Positions 1 through 13,352 are shown, counted from the first letter of the stretch. The stretch: 64,000 bases of DNA from Octopus bimaculoides (GCF_001194135.2 NC_068997.1:1587458-1651457), one strand, 5' to 3'. A program made the numbers and translations. Notes: a model not told the origin generated them from the letters alone.

Positions 1-488
1 AAATATTTTGTATTAGAAATAGAATTTGAGAAATGAAGAAAATATGCCATAAATCATAATAATGGTGAAAATATGGAATTGAAGAGAAGATACTTGACAA
101 TATTCCATTTGTAGTATATGAGTCAATTCTTCATTGTTAATAAAATATGTATATCTTCATGTCTTTACGTTGGTCATTAAATGGAGACAGTTTTTGTCAT
201 GGGAAATTTCACAATTCAGATTTTATGCAAAGGATTCTACATCCTCGTCGATTATTACACATGATTACCTCCAACAATGCTTACCGTTTCCCATTTATCA
301 TCTTCAGTTTATCGTCTGTTATATTCTCTGAAATTTTGCCTACGAAATCCTAATAATATCGTGGCACATTCTATGAATCATTTTATCCGTGGTTCTTTGT
401 TTCAAACTGACTCACTACATTATTTCTAAACATGTCACGTCTTTAAAATTGTATTTCTATGATGGTGGGCAATTATCTCAAGAAATGG

Positions 489-490
<2 letters not shown>

Positions 491-558
<68 letters not shown>
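491..558. repeat. (TATC)n microsatellite
   Basis: Perfect TATC run; explains the IYLS ORFs at 389-859 and 459-815. Confidence 0.95.
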
Positions 559-559
<1 letters not shown>

Positions 560-639
560 GCGAAAACGAAAGAACGGCAACAACGAACAAACCAACCCAA
601 CCAAACAACACAACCACCTGAGTCAAAAACAGAAACAAC

Positions 640-905
640 ACCACCACCAACATATCACTTCAACTGTCCATCTTTTCAGGAGTCAGCCGGTCATGTTTTT
701 ATACCATCGTCCCCACTGCCTCTTTCATTCCACACCATTTCCTCCAAATACACCATTTTGCCACACAGTACTAAAGTCCTCGGAGGCAGTACCGCCCCTT
801 ACATTTGTTTCTTAGATAAAGGAATTAGAGATCTCTTTAATCTCCTTTTATATCATTAATTCTTCCCCCCTATCAAAGAGAATATTAAGCACTTCAAAAA
901 GAACC
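640..905 (+). mobile_element. Possible decayed CR1-type LINE 3' end
   Basis: Translation YHFNCPSFQE...IRDLFNLLLYH*FFPPIKENIKHFKKN loosely resembles the CR1 ORF2 C-terminus; very degraded. Confidence 0.25.
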
Positions 906-1262
906 AATTCGCAAAGAATATTTGTCAAGCAAGAATCGATAAAAGAACAATTCAAAGAGAGATGGCAATATGTTCAATTAGCTTTGTCTAACGAACGAAG
1001 GCAAGATTCTGGCACCTGTTGAGACGAACGATAATTTACGATGTGGTAACTCTGTGTGCGTGTGTGTGTGAATGTGCATCGTGCATTTGTGAATGCATTT
1101 GCATGTATGTTTATATGGCTATGCGTTCTTGTGCGTATATCAGTATGTGTACATATCTATTCGTGGATATGTGCTGATGAGTTTCGTGTGTATGGGTGAA
1201 TATGTGCTGTGTTTATGGTTGTAGCACACATATGCATGTATGTATGTATGTATGTATGTATG

Positions 1263-1296
<34 letters not shown>

Positions 1297-1371
1297 TGTA
1301 TGTATGCATGTGCGTGTGCGTTTGTACACGCATGCATGCGTATGTGTCTTGAGTATGAATTCAAACTGCAT

Positions 1372-1690
1372 CCAGCAATGGGATCCTGGTTCAAGAGTCC
1401 CCATGTCACCGGTTAAACACTAGGTCTATTCTGACCCAGAGTAGTAGCACCTGTCAGGGTCCCATCTATGGGTTAATTAGAATATGTAATAGCAATCCAT
1501 CCGAGCGTGGGGGCGCAAAAAGAGCCTTGGTTGATATCAGGGTATGAAGTAAAAACACCGGGAATGAAGAAGCCTTAACTTTTATCACAGCAACCATCCA
1601 GGCGAAGGACACCCTGATGTAAATCCTGCGGTTTCCCATGATTACTGGTCATCTCGTTACAGCCTTTCACTAGGCACTAATCACACATTT
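1372..1690 (+). mobile_element. Interspersed repeat, possibly derived from an RTE 5' UTR
   Basis: Shares TAGCACCTGTCAGGG (about 1444) and GCAACCATCCAGGCGAAGG (about 1590) blocks with 43530-43800. Family assignment from memory. Confidence 0.35.
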
Positions 1691-1962
1691 AAAGAATGGT
1701 ACATGTGTTGTACAAGACTTTATCTCTATAATCCATATATATGTTTCTTTATGGTGATCTCGTTTGTCGTTCCATCTGTTGAAAGTCTTGTGTTAGAAGT
1801 GCCCAGTAATTTAAGACTTTCGTCTGTCTCTTATCCTTCAATCACCCAGATCCGCAGCGGGACAGAACAGTCCATTGAAGGACCATTGCCGGAAAGTCAG
1901 AAATGCCATTAACAACGTGGAGGCTCAAGGAGACAGTAATCATTTGTGAAAATGGGGCAATC

Positions 1963-1963
<1 letters not shown>

Positions 1964-2026
<63 letters not shown>
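1964..2026. repeat. (CA)n microsatellite, representative of dozens of (CA/TG)n, (TA)n, (TATG)n and (GA)n tracts
   Basis: Direct reading; similar tracts near 6160, 8465, 8820, 12000, 17297, 21480, 26825, 30500, 32500, 33040, 49285. Confidence 0.95.
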
Positions 2027-2029
<3 letters not shown>

Positions 2030-2809
2030 TTACACTACATGCACACATACATGTATACATAAATATATACGTACATAAGGAACAGAGAAAACAGAGTCTG
2101 TGCTTCTTACACGTGTTTCATTAGGTTCGCATACATCATTCACAGGAGAATAAAACTCTGTTACCAATATAATCTTATTCTATTATACCTAGCATATTCG
2201 TTATTTATGTTTACCGTATTGGAATCTTCGTACTACTATATTAAAAATGTTCAATATTTAAAGTTTGTAGAAGTGCTATCATAGACTGTAAGACTTTTTC
2301 GGCTCATTGAGAATTCGGTAAAATATTAAGTGCACAAGTCAATGGTACCGTCCAGAAAAATTTGAAAACATCATCACTAATTCTATGAAACGCCCCGACA
2401 TTGGATGTTCGTTTAATGCCATCATAATATAAGACTTCATTTTCTTTTGGATGATTTCTATGAATCTCTAAGATAAATGTATCAGTTATTATGATAGATA
2501 AATCGGAATATTTGAATATTTTGCCTTTAAATATATTTTCTTGTAACTCATGACGTTAATTCAATAGCCTCGTTCGAAAATCTGATAAAGAGCTACTTTG
2601 AATATATTTATACCAATTAGATAACTCACCACATCTGTAGTAACTAACAACCTACTCTACTATTCTACTCCTCTTTCCCACCTTCACAGTGTGTTGGAAT
2701 GTCAAATGACGGAAACAAGTAAAAGAATAAAAGAGTAATTGCAAATAAATAAAGTAAAAAAAAAGATAAGATCATTTCTTTTGAGAATATTTTCTATCTC
2801 GTAGACTCT

Positions 2810-3000
2810 TTAGTATGCCGGACAAAATGCTTGCCGGCATTTCGACTGTCTCTATGTTCTGAATTCAAATTCCATCGAGGTTGCCTTCACCTTGTATCCT
2901 TTCTGGGTCAATAAAACATGTACTACTTGATCTCTGAGGTCAATGTAAACGACTTATCCCTGCTCAATAATTGCTGGCCTTGTGCCAAAATTTGAAACCG
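2810..3000 (+). mobile_element. tRNA-derived SINE, family A (octopus-type)
   Basis: B-box-like GAATTCAAATTCC and tail GGCCTTGTGCCAAAATTTGAAACC shared with about 14 other copies in the window. Confidence 0.8.
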
Positions 3001-3021
3001 TCATTGATTCACAACTCTGAA

Positions 3022-3056
<35 letters not shown>

Positions 3057-3212
3057 NNNNNNNNNNNNNNNNNNNNNNNNNNNNNNNNNNNNNNNNNNNN
3101 NNNNNNNNNNNNNNNNNNNNNNNNNNNNNNNNNNNNNNNNNNNNNNNNNNNNNNNNNNNNNNNNNNNNNNNNNNNNNNNNNNNNNNNNNNNNNNNNNNNN
3201 NNNNNNNNNNNN

Positions 3213-3260
<48 letters not shown>

Positions 3261-4142
3261 GTTCGTTGATATACACATATTTACGCATATGTATAAATGT
3301 ATGATAACCACAGATATATGTAGGTATATCTATACGTTTGCGTGTGTGTGTTTGAAAATGTATATATGCACACATACAGATGTATATATATTTATATACA
3401 TGTATATAGACGTGCCCACACTCAGACATATACACACACAAACACACACGCGCATGCACATACATATCCACGGTAATGTACGTTTTAATATTGTAATTTT
3501 CTTCCGTATCTCATTAATAGAATTAATATTGAATCATTTCAGTCGCACCTCATTAATTTCTAATTACATAATGTAGATTCTTTTCACTAATTCCTCATTG
3601 TGGCTTTTAGAATGAACGTCATGCTGTGATCTCCACAGCAGACATTTGTAAATGTTCAACTCATATTTTACCGCAATGTTACTATTACACGGCTGCGTTA
3701 ATATTACTTAACGCTTTCATTCATGATTCCCATTTAAACAATACCTTAGGGACACAATCAATGTGTTAACGATAACTTAAGCGAAACATTTCCCATTCTC
3801 TATACAATATAATAATTCGACCAGGTAAAGGTCTACAACAATGATTGTTTCTTTTCAATGACTAATATCACAGCATTCTATTTGCTGCAAAAACGTATCT
3901 AGCACGCATTCTTGCATTCCTTTTATAAAGACATTCCTTTCAGATATTTCCGTATAAATATTGTAATTCTTACATCTTCCATGGAAATGGAAATGGAAAT
4001 GGAGCGAGTAAGCAATATCCCTGCACAATTAAATCCAAAACTTCACATCAACCGTTCACAGCAACAAAATATTTCACATGTTTTTAGTTTTGAGCAAATA
4101 TATCGTATACAGACGGTGGCTTGCATGTTTATGCTCCTGTAG

Positions 4143-4325
4143 GCTCGAAACAAATTATGCTAATCGCTACTCTGTACGTTGCAAAAGAAATATTTTGTAC
4201 GACGAAAATGCATTCGTAACACATCCGGCTCATTGGTTCAAAGGATCCTTGGACACCGGTGTTTTGATGTGGTGTGCCTTGTCAACCAGAAACATCCCTT
4301 GACCTTTGAGTCTAAAGAAGCGCCT
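4143..4325 (+). other. Candidate exon, non-coding or UTR-like
   Basis: Acceptor CTCCTGTAG|G at 4142/4143 and donor GCCT|GTAAGT at 4325/4326 in unique sequence; all three frames contain a stop. Confidence 0.25.
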
Positions 4326-4442
4326 GTAAGTTAGTTTACGATTTCAGTTTCGAAACACTTTTCTGATTTGTGCTGATATCTAGCAAGCCATAAAAAAATT
4401 CGCTTTTAGATTTCTAAGCAAAGAAAGATGGTTTAACGTTTC

Positions 4443-4676
4443 ATATTTCTTTATTGCCCACAAGGGGCTGAACATAGAGGGGACAAACAAGGACAGACAA
4501 AGGGATTAAGTCGATTACATCGATCCCAGTGAGTAACTGGTACTTAATTTATCGACCCCGAAAGGATGAAAGGCAAAATCGACCTCGGCGGAATTTGAAC
4601 TCAGAACATAACAGTAGACGAAATACCGCTAAGCATTTCGCCCGGTGTGCTAACGTTTCTGCCAGCTCGCTGCTTT
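4443..4676 (-). mobile_element. Full-length family A SINE with 18-bp target-site duplication
   Basis: Head GCAGCGAGCTGGCAGAAACGTTAGC, B box GAGTTCAAATTCC; flanked by AAGATGGTTTAACGTTTC at 4425-4442 and 4677-4694. Confidence 0.9.
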
Positions 4677-4920
4677 AAGATGGTTTAACGTTTCGAGCAA
4701 CGCTCTAGTTCAGAAACAGGAAAGTCCAATAGAAAGGAAGACGGAGGAAGAAAATCCCCAATGATTCACGTGTGGTTACTGTACATATATAGTTCAAATT
4801 TATAGAAAACAAAAGACGAAGACAGGTGTAGGAACAACAAGCAGATGTATTATTTTAACGCTCGAGACAAATGGAAAAGTGTTTTACGTTTCGAGCCTAC
4901 GCTCTTTGACAGAAAGGATT
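4677..4920 (-). mobile_element. Non-autonomous repeat carrying two hammerhead-like motifs
   Basis: Minus strand CTGTCAAA-GAGC-GTAG-GCTC-GAAAC-GTA (4886-4912) and CTGAACTA-GAGC-GTT-GCTC-GAAAC-GTT (4687-4713); body CACCTGTCTTCGTC recurs near 30965 and 63720. Confidence 0.55.
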
Positions 4921-5161
4921 AAGAAGAAAAAAAAGTACGGAGAGAGAAAAAAATGTGCAGAGTTCAACGGTCCAAGATTAGGAAATTAGCGGGAAAAAGA
5001 GGCTAATATGAAAGGGAGATAATAATAACGATAACGGTGACCTTCAAGGAACTAAGGTTGCGCAAGCGCATGTGTGTATGTGAGAATGGAGTGTGTGAGT
5101 GCGTATGTGGGAAAGGGGGCGAGTGTGTAAGTATGTGTGGACGAGTGTGTGTGTGTGTTTG

Positions 5162-5384
5162 TGCGTATGGACGTGAGAATATGCGTGAGTATGCGTATGG
5201 ACGTGAGAATATGCGTGAGTATGCGTATGGACGTGAGAATATGCGTGAGTATGCGTATGGACGTGAGAATATGCGTGAGTATGCGTATGGACGTGAGAAT
5301 ATGCGTGAGTATGCGTATGGACGTGAGAATATGCGTGAGTATGCGTATGGACGTGAGAATATGCGTGAGTATGCGTATGGACGT
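5162..5384. repeat. 30-bp minisatellite, 7 perfect units plus a partial
   Basis: Unit TATGGACGTGAGAATATGCGTGAGTATGCG read directly. Confidence 0.95.
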
Positions 5385-6158
5385 GTGTATGCTGCGTGTA
5401 GCAGCTGAGGTGTGTTTGTTCAGGTGGTGTGTGCGCATGTGCATGTGTGTATTTGTGTCTGTGACCGAATAATGTGCATGTGTATAACATATGTTTGTGG
5501 GCGAATTCTGAAGACACTTGCTATTAGCAGATAATTGTTGAAACTACGCTAGGTTCATCTGCCATTTTGACAGGTCTTGTTTTAGAAACCATACTTGCCG
5601 GCAAGCCTAGCGGGGTGCGGATTTAGTCACCGACAACCCTACAATGCCACAGATTGTACTGGACTCAATATAACCTCACACACACACACATGTATCATAT
5701 ATCTTATATCATATACCATATCATATCAAATTATTGAGGCACAGCAAACATTCATTTCTAATTTAATGCGTAGCAGGGTACAACGGATGGTTAAACTGAA
5801 TATAACTGAAAATATATACAGTATTTTGCCTGGAGATCTTAAGTAACTGGACATACAGAAACTGTTTAATTTTTGTAATAAACAGACTCCGTTGAAATAA
5901 CCTTTACGGAAACAATGAAATCACAAAAGTTTAGAGCACAATATTCTAAGATCAAATTTATGCACTGATCCGTCCTTACCTCCATCAACCCATGCATTCA
6001 TTCAAACATACACGCGTACACACAAACATTATCTACATACGTACACAATATACATACATATATACGATATGCGCGCATATATATGCTATACATGCACATT
6101 TATAAAGTACAGATATACTATACAAAAATATATAGAAGCATATATATGATATACAATC

Positions 6159-6211
<53 letters not shown>

Positions 6212-8034
6212 CACGCGCATGCGTGTGCGTGTGCGCATGTATGATATACAAGTAAATATATGTATAATATACATACAATACATGCGTACCATTTACATTT
6301 ATCATATGCATACACACATGAAAACTCATACATACGCATGGTGTCAGTCTTTGAATGTGTTTTTGTGCGTTTGCGCAAGTGTATAAATGTAGTGTTGGAG
6401 CTGGTATATAAATCAGGAAAGAAAACGTTAATTTCTATAGTAATGTCATTACAGTAAGTTGTTAGTCAGTGTGACGCCATAAGTAGAACACAATTATATT
6501 TCTGTTAACACAGTGAAATGATGGTGTTTCTTTATTGTCTTTACCTAAAAGTGGAGATATCTGTTACCTACATTTTTTTTACCAATTAATCTGCCGACAT
6601 GTGTCTGCAAAAGCAGCAATTATATAGCAGAACCTGAGAATTCGGAATATATGCCTATATCAGCCTTCCAAAACATTCTAACTTTAACAATGTAATAATA
6701 AAATATGAATATTAGGATTTCAGCGCTTGATAAAAACGAATTTTGTAAGTGTGTATTTCTATATATTTGAGTAAGACAACACAATTATAGTTGTGTGCGG
6801 TAGAAATAATGTTGATTAAGCAGTAGTTTGTACTTAATAGTTCTTATTGTATTCCTCTGAGGGGAGAGGATCAGGGAAACGCAAAGTTCAACTCACAAGA
6901 ATACGAACACAAAGCACAGAAAACTAAATATTACAAGGCACTTTGACCATTTTTCTACAAAATCAAAATGTCCGCCGCGAAGGACGACAGCAACAAATCG
7001 ATGATAATGATAAGTCCATCGATAATTTTTGTTTGGCAAAGCATGAAAATAGAGGAGCTATGTAAATATAAAGACCATAGTTTGAGGCATAACATTTTAC
7101 AGCAACAGACAGGTAAAGAATTTGCATGAAACATAATAGGTGCGATTTTGAAAGAGGTATAGAAGCTTTTTTGCAGGTTATGTGATCATGTAAAGGCTCC
7201 CTTTTTAAATGTAAATTATTACTTTAATTTAACAACAGCTCAGCACTGATAGAGTAGATCTATCATCAATGTTAATACATCCTTGGGCATTCCATCTTTT
7301 TGATTTTCTCGAATGAAAATCTGTTATGTGTGCTTGTTTAAAGATTGTTGGACAGTCGTCTCCCCTTTATAATCGGTCTAGTGATTCCATATTTGTTCGT
7401 CAATAATTTTGGGACCATCATATATGAGGCATGCCTGAAATCTACGAACTGAGACACCAATGCCAACCTAAGGCGCACGACGTCGGTTTGATAAAAAAAA
7501 AAATAGGCATTGTAGTATATTTCGTAAAACCAAGTGGCACATCAATACAAAATTCGCTGTGCCGTTGCTGAGGAAATAAATATTGCAAAGGATATCAGCT
7601 TGAAAATTGCCACAAATTGTAAACCTTAAGGGAATGCTAACAGGAGAGTGCGTCCTCTGTTCGAAAAATGAAATTATTAATGAAGGACGTCCATGTTCCG
7701 AGAATAAGCAAGACACCAAATAGGAATTTGCAGTCCCTGTATGCACACACAGATATATATCCATTGGCATTTGACACACCCAGCAAAAAATTCAGCAAGG
7801 AGTCTGGTAGGTTAGACTTTCTTCAAACGTCTAACAATCTACTTTTCAATCCATCCTCTTTCCATCTCCACCAATCAGACTTATTTTCTGCTGTATACTC
7901 TACATTTATGTTCATGCGTGTAATGTGTGTGTGTATGTGTACGATCAACATCTTTCAACATCCCTTATTCAAGGACCTTCTGAGCGAAATGACCTGCGGC
8001 CCAGTTAGAAATTTCTGAAGGCTGAGTGCAGCAG

Positions 8035-8225
8035 GAACAAAATTCTAAGTGGGCCTCACCTGAGGGTCATGCGCTTTTTATATTGATATGAGACCACCAT
8101 GTTACGCTTGTATGGTTGTTATATTTGTACCTGGTGTTCCGTTATCAGACGGGTAGTCATGATGGTTATATTGGGCTTCGTATATTTGTATTCCTTTGTT
8201 GGTATGCATCGCTCTCTCAATAATA
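8035..8225. mobile_element. Family D (AAT)n-associated element, partial copy
   Basis: GGTCATGCGCT...TCAGACGGGTAGTCATGATG...CTCTCAATAATAAT matches 58750-58925 and 59430-59610. Confidence 0.8.
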
Positions 8226-8461
8226 ATAGCAACAAAAACAACAAAATATATGTTTACTGGAAAGAACAGCCTCTCACAAATGTAAGATAAGAACAACATC
8301 AAATATAAGAACAACATCAAAATTAAAAGTAAATGAAGACCAAGAGCAGAAATTATGACAGCTTCAGGTTCACTACAGTATTAGAAAGAGAAATATGAAT
8401 GAATAAACGAACACAAATGCATCATATACTATGCAAAATAAATGTTGGATGCATGTAGGTA

Positions 8462-8522
<61 letters not shown>

Positions 8523-8813
8523 ACGTATGCATGTATGTGTTTATACACAATGCATTTATGTATGCATTTATGTTGTGTATATAATTTTTATGTAAGTTGT
8601 ATATCTATTTATGTAGGAATTTATTTAATTATGTTTATACGTTAATATATGTGTTTCCATCTATCATTTCTGGTCTCCCCCTGAAATGTCGTTGTATTCT
8701 ATGTGTCTGTATACTAAATAAATACTAGAATATTTATCGTGTAACAAATTCTTTCTTTACAAGCGTTACATGTACACAATATCATAAATAATATATATAC
8801 GTGTGTTGTGTGT

Positions 8814-8872
<59 letters not shown>

Positions 8873-9899
8873 TGTATGTATGTATGTATATAAATTTGCA
8901 GGTATAATATATATTTCTGCATACGCGTAATTTCTGCCGCTGAAAAATTACTTACCATTCTGTACCATTAAGTCGACCATTAAATAATCTATTTGCTATG
9001 ATTTAAAGTAGATATCTTCACCTTCGCTCTTTTCGCAAACGATCAAATATTAGATATTTTAATGTAATTTTCGAACGATTTTAATGCAGTTATTATTTTA
9101 GTGCAACTGAAAATGTTTCACTCTTGCAAGTGTTGAAATAACGAGAGAAAAGTAAGCGTGGAGATGGCAGGTAGGAAGCTGCGAGGTTAAGAAGTTGGGT
9201 GGTAGGAATCTGAGGGCGGGAACGTAGTAAGATATAAATCTAACTGGAGTAATAAATTTTGTAATGAAGAACAAACCAACTGTTCATTGGTGCCAAAATA
9301 TTATTGTATTAGCCATATGGTAAAACCATCGTTCTAATTAATTTTAATGCTGTAGCCACTGCAAGGCAATATTTATTAAGTGGATCTGCTTAACGATAGT
9401 TCGATAAATCATGCAAATCGTTTTGCTTTGACACTTTCCTATTTATTTTCTGCATTGTTGCTGGAATGGTTACAATTTAGAAAGTTTTACAGAATTTAAT
9501 TTATATTGAAAATAATATCTCTTCCAAGACTTTGCCAAGGTAATTTCTGTCTGGAATAAAACTATTATTCTAACGAAGATATATAAACATTGATTTTAAC
9601 GTATAAAAACGGTTACACCACAGAGTCCAAACGCAGTGCAATTGCAATAACTGTGTCTGCCTTTTGAATAATGGTAAATTCCTTAACAGATTAGGTCATT
9701 AGGGTAACCATTGTAGGTTTTTCTTTGTACATTGTATTTAAGTTATTCATTTAGGTGAATGCTATTCTCTCATCAATTTCTACAACCATAATAATGGATG
9801 AACTAATGACAAGGAAATTAGCCACCCGCTGTCTACAGAGCTTTATTTTAATTATCTTATGTAGAGGATTTAGGAGTGAATACGTATAAGTCTCCTACC

Positions 9900-10520
9900 A
9901 TACATTTTACTCCCAGATTATTGGAATTCCATGCTGTGAATATCGTAATATCCAATCTGTTCTAAGTTACATGATATCGAAGTGACTCTGCCAGTCATTT
10001 CAACATTCGCTCTCCTTCCATCGAAAGTTCGCATTTTGCTATTGATTATTAGCTGTATTTATGACGAATACATTGTTATGTTATATCTCTTGTCGAAATC
10101 CTTATCCGAACTCCTCTCAAGAAATGCTTACCGTTTGATGAACAAATGAACAAGTGATTTTTATTTTTAATTTCTTATGGATTTCCTTTGATGTACATCA
10201 TAATTAGTTACAAGTTAGACTGACATAAACTACAATTCAGGACTAACACTGATTAATGTGATTCAGACGTTTGTCTTGTAAATACTCAGTTTTGAGATTG
10301 ATACAACTGGGCAGTACGCAAGGAACGCATCTACCAATACTCATGATAAAATTTTCATTCCCAATGCTAGCTAGCTCTTTTCCCTTCGAAAATTTTGAAG
10401 GCGTAACTGCTCTTCAAAAATGACTATCTTTCTTCTTTAAGACGAAATTTTGAGAGAAGTCTTACAAACGGCATTTTGGTATTTGCTCTATTGGTTCTAA
10501 GTTCAAATTTCGCAAAAGTC
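9900..10520 (-). pseudogene. Possible very old mariner/Tc1 transposase relic
   Basis: Minus-strand remnants FLRGVRI (about 10120) and GRCVPCVL (about 10330) resemble FLxRIVTGDE and GxWVPHEL; many stops. Confidence 0.25.
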
Positions 10521-11099
10521 AACTTTACTCTGATTGTTTCAGAGCATATTCTTCTCTCTCTTTCTTTTTCATTTACAACGAATATTATTTGAAATACTTG
10601 TTCGTCGTAACATTAAAATCCTCCAAATGCCACATTAACATAGATGTTTAACCCTTTCTATGTAATAACATCATCCATTCAGAAATTACAGCGCCCTGTA
10701 CCAATATGTATTGGCACTCCTTTTTCATTTACACTTCAATATTTCCACAGAATAGTCACTGATCTAGTGACAGTTCGTACAATATAATTTACACTTTTTC
10801 TCGCTCTCACTCACTAGAAAACATCGGCTGTTGAAGGGATTGGTTCTGTCTCACTTGAATGCCTAAAACACACTCTATATTACGATCACACTCCTACAAA
10901 TCACCCAGGAATTTATGATCACGTAAGGAAGGAAGGATTCTCTTTTACATTTTCAAATATTTAAAAGTACAACCAGCGTATATTAGTTACATGAATTAAA
11001 TCCTGATATGTTCTATATTAATAACAATAAAAAACAAGCATCTTACGAATTGTCATTAGAGCCGGGTTTATTCTGTGAAAACATTTTTGTTTCCTTTTT

Positions 11100-11297
11100 T
11101 TTTCTACTCTAGGCACAAGGCCAGAAATTTTGGGGGAGGGGGCCAATCGATTAGATCGAGCCCAGTACCCAACTGGTACTTAATTTATCGGTCCCGAAAT
11201 GATGAAAGGTAAAGTCGACGTCGACGGAATTTGAACGCAACGCAAAGACGGACGAAATGCCGTTCACCATTTTGCCCGTCGCATTAACGATTCTGTG
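11100..11297 (-). mobile_element. Family A SINE
   Basis: GGCACAAGGCC...GTACTTAATTTATCG...GGAATTTGAAC matches other copies. Confidence 0.8.
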
Positions 11298-11996
11298 AAA
11301 ATATTGGGAAGTAAATTAAAAAGGACTGCTAGCACACATCAACAGAGGGCGCTGTCATTTCTGAATGGATGATGTCATTGCATAAAAAGGATTAAATGTG
11401 TATATTAATGTGGCATTTTGAGTGATTGTAATGTTACGTGGAACAAGCAGTTCAAATAACAGTCGCTGAAATTAGCTGGAGCAGCAGTAGAATCAAAGAG
11501 TAGCGCGTTTGAAGAGAGGTGTGAAATAAAATCGGTAAGCTGCTTCATAGAAGAGGCTTAAAAAAAGAACACGAAGGGAAAAACAAAAGCAAGGGTGGAG
11601 AGGTGCGATATAGGGAGGAGAGTGATATAAATGAGCAGAAGAGAGAAAGAGAGAGAGAGAGGGGGGTGATAGGGGTAACAAAGAAGTTGAGTGAACGGGG
11701 AATTACAAAGGGTAGAAGTTGAGTGAGGTCAGAGGGATCGGCAGAAATGTGAGATGGGGATGATATAAAATTATTGCTTGGGTAAATGTATACACATGCA
11801 TGGGTACGTACGTACATACATACATACATACATACATACTGTTTCTGTATAGTGTAAGTGCTGAAAGTTTGCAACATGTGTGTAAGTATATCCACTGAGA
11901 AGTATTGAGTTTTCTGTCTGTCCATCTGTCTGTCTGTCTGGCTGGCTGGCTGGCTGTGTGTCTGTCAGTCTGTCCATCTGTCTGTCTGTATGTATG

Positions 11997-12091
<95 letters not shown>

Positions 12092-12541
12092 ATATATCTG
12101 CCCATACATATATATCCCTAATGAGTATTGCCATGTCCACGCTTGGCCGAATCACTTTATTGTCATATTCACTCATATTTGATGTTCACATATTTTTAAT
12201 TGAAAGAAACAAGAGATGTTGCTTATTTATTCTGAAGCCGGGCACAACATATCGTATATTCTGGCATTTACCTAAGCTATCGGTTGGATTGTATGAAATA
12301 ATTAGATGAAATTCTATGTCTCATTTCCTGTGAAACATTAGATCCACGTCTAGTAAAACCACTTCTACTATTTCTCTGTGTATAAAAGGATTGTTGGGGA
12401 AGTTAGATATGGTGTGCTATTCGTCTTGTATTAAGTGTTTCATAGTGATGGAGATATTTTTTTATATTTGCATGTGTATACTTCTACAAGTCGATAAAGT
12501 GATTGGGGTGTTACGAATGAGGCTAGTATATGGAAAGCTAC

Positions 12542-12584
12542 ACTTCACTGAAGAGTTCTAAATAAAACGAAACATGCCTGAAGT
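12542..12584 (+). ncRNA. Minimal type I hammerhead-ribozyme motif, probably inactivated
   Basis: ACTTCA-CTGAAGA-GTTCT-AAAT-AAAAC-GAAA-CATG-CC-TGAAGT: 6-bp stem I, canonical core, palindromic CATG loop; U16.1 replaced by C. Confidence 0.6.
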
Positions 12585-12944
12585 TATTGTGTGTACTTGC
12601 TAAAATCATTTAAAATTAGTATTACGCTTTGAGCACTTGTTCTCTTCTTACCTCTCCATTTTTTACAATACTCTTCTGTTGGTCACTATATATGCTTGTA
12701 TGCTAGGCTGCGTTCCGCTTTCATTAAGGAAGATAAAATCAATGTCTTTGACATTATCAAACAATCTAATGAAGATGTTTTATTATTGTGATGCATAAAT
12801 TAATATTAGAAAATTTATCAAATGTGAAATCTTCATGAGTACCATTGATAATATAGCTATTACATCTTCTACCAACAATGTTTATGGTCGCTCTAAATCA
12901 CACTCACCCTCTTAACTATCTCCATGAAGTAGACACTCCATTTA

Positions 12945-13134
12945 TCTTTAATTGTTTCAGTAACTGGACTGCAGTCACACCGGGGCGCCGCCTTGAAAGA
13001 TTTAGTTGAACAAATCAAGTTCAAAACTTTATTTTAGAATCTGGTACTTATTCTGTTGGTCACTTCTGTCGAACAGCTAGGTCACGTGGACGTAAACACA
13101 CCAATACCGGTTGTCAAGCAGTGGTGGGTAACAA

Positions 13135-13202
<68 letters not shown>

Positions 13203-13352
13203 GACGGGCTTTTCCATCTATCAGATTCACTCACAAGGCTTTGGTCGGTCCGAATCTATAGTAAAAACACTTGTCCAATATGTCACAGTGGGACTGAACT
13301 AGGAACCATGTGGTTATGAAGCAAGCTTCTCACTACACAGCTCCACCTGCCT
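12945..13352 (-). mobile_element. Composite family B SINE (tRNA-like head, internal (TA)n(TG)n, tail), complete
   Basis: Head GCTGTGTAGTGAGAAGCTTGCTT...GGTTCCTAGTTCAGTCCCACTG, microsatellite 13137-13201, then tail; colinear with 49135-49636. Confidence 0.85.

Noticed and set aside
7668-8018. 116-aa non-repetitive ORF
   Set aside because: No recognisable motif; runs into TG-rich sequence and lies among transposon-like debris.
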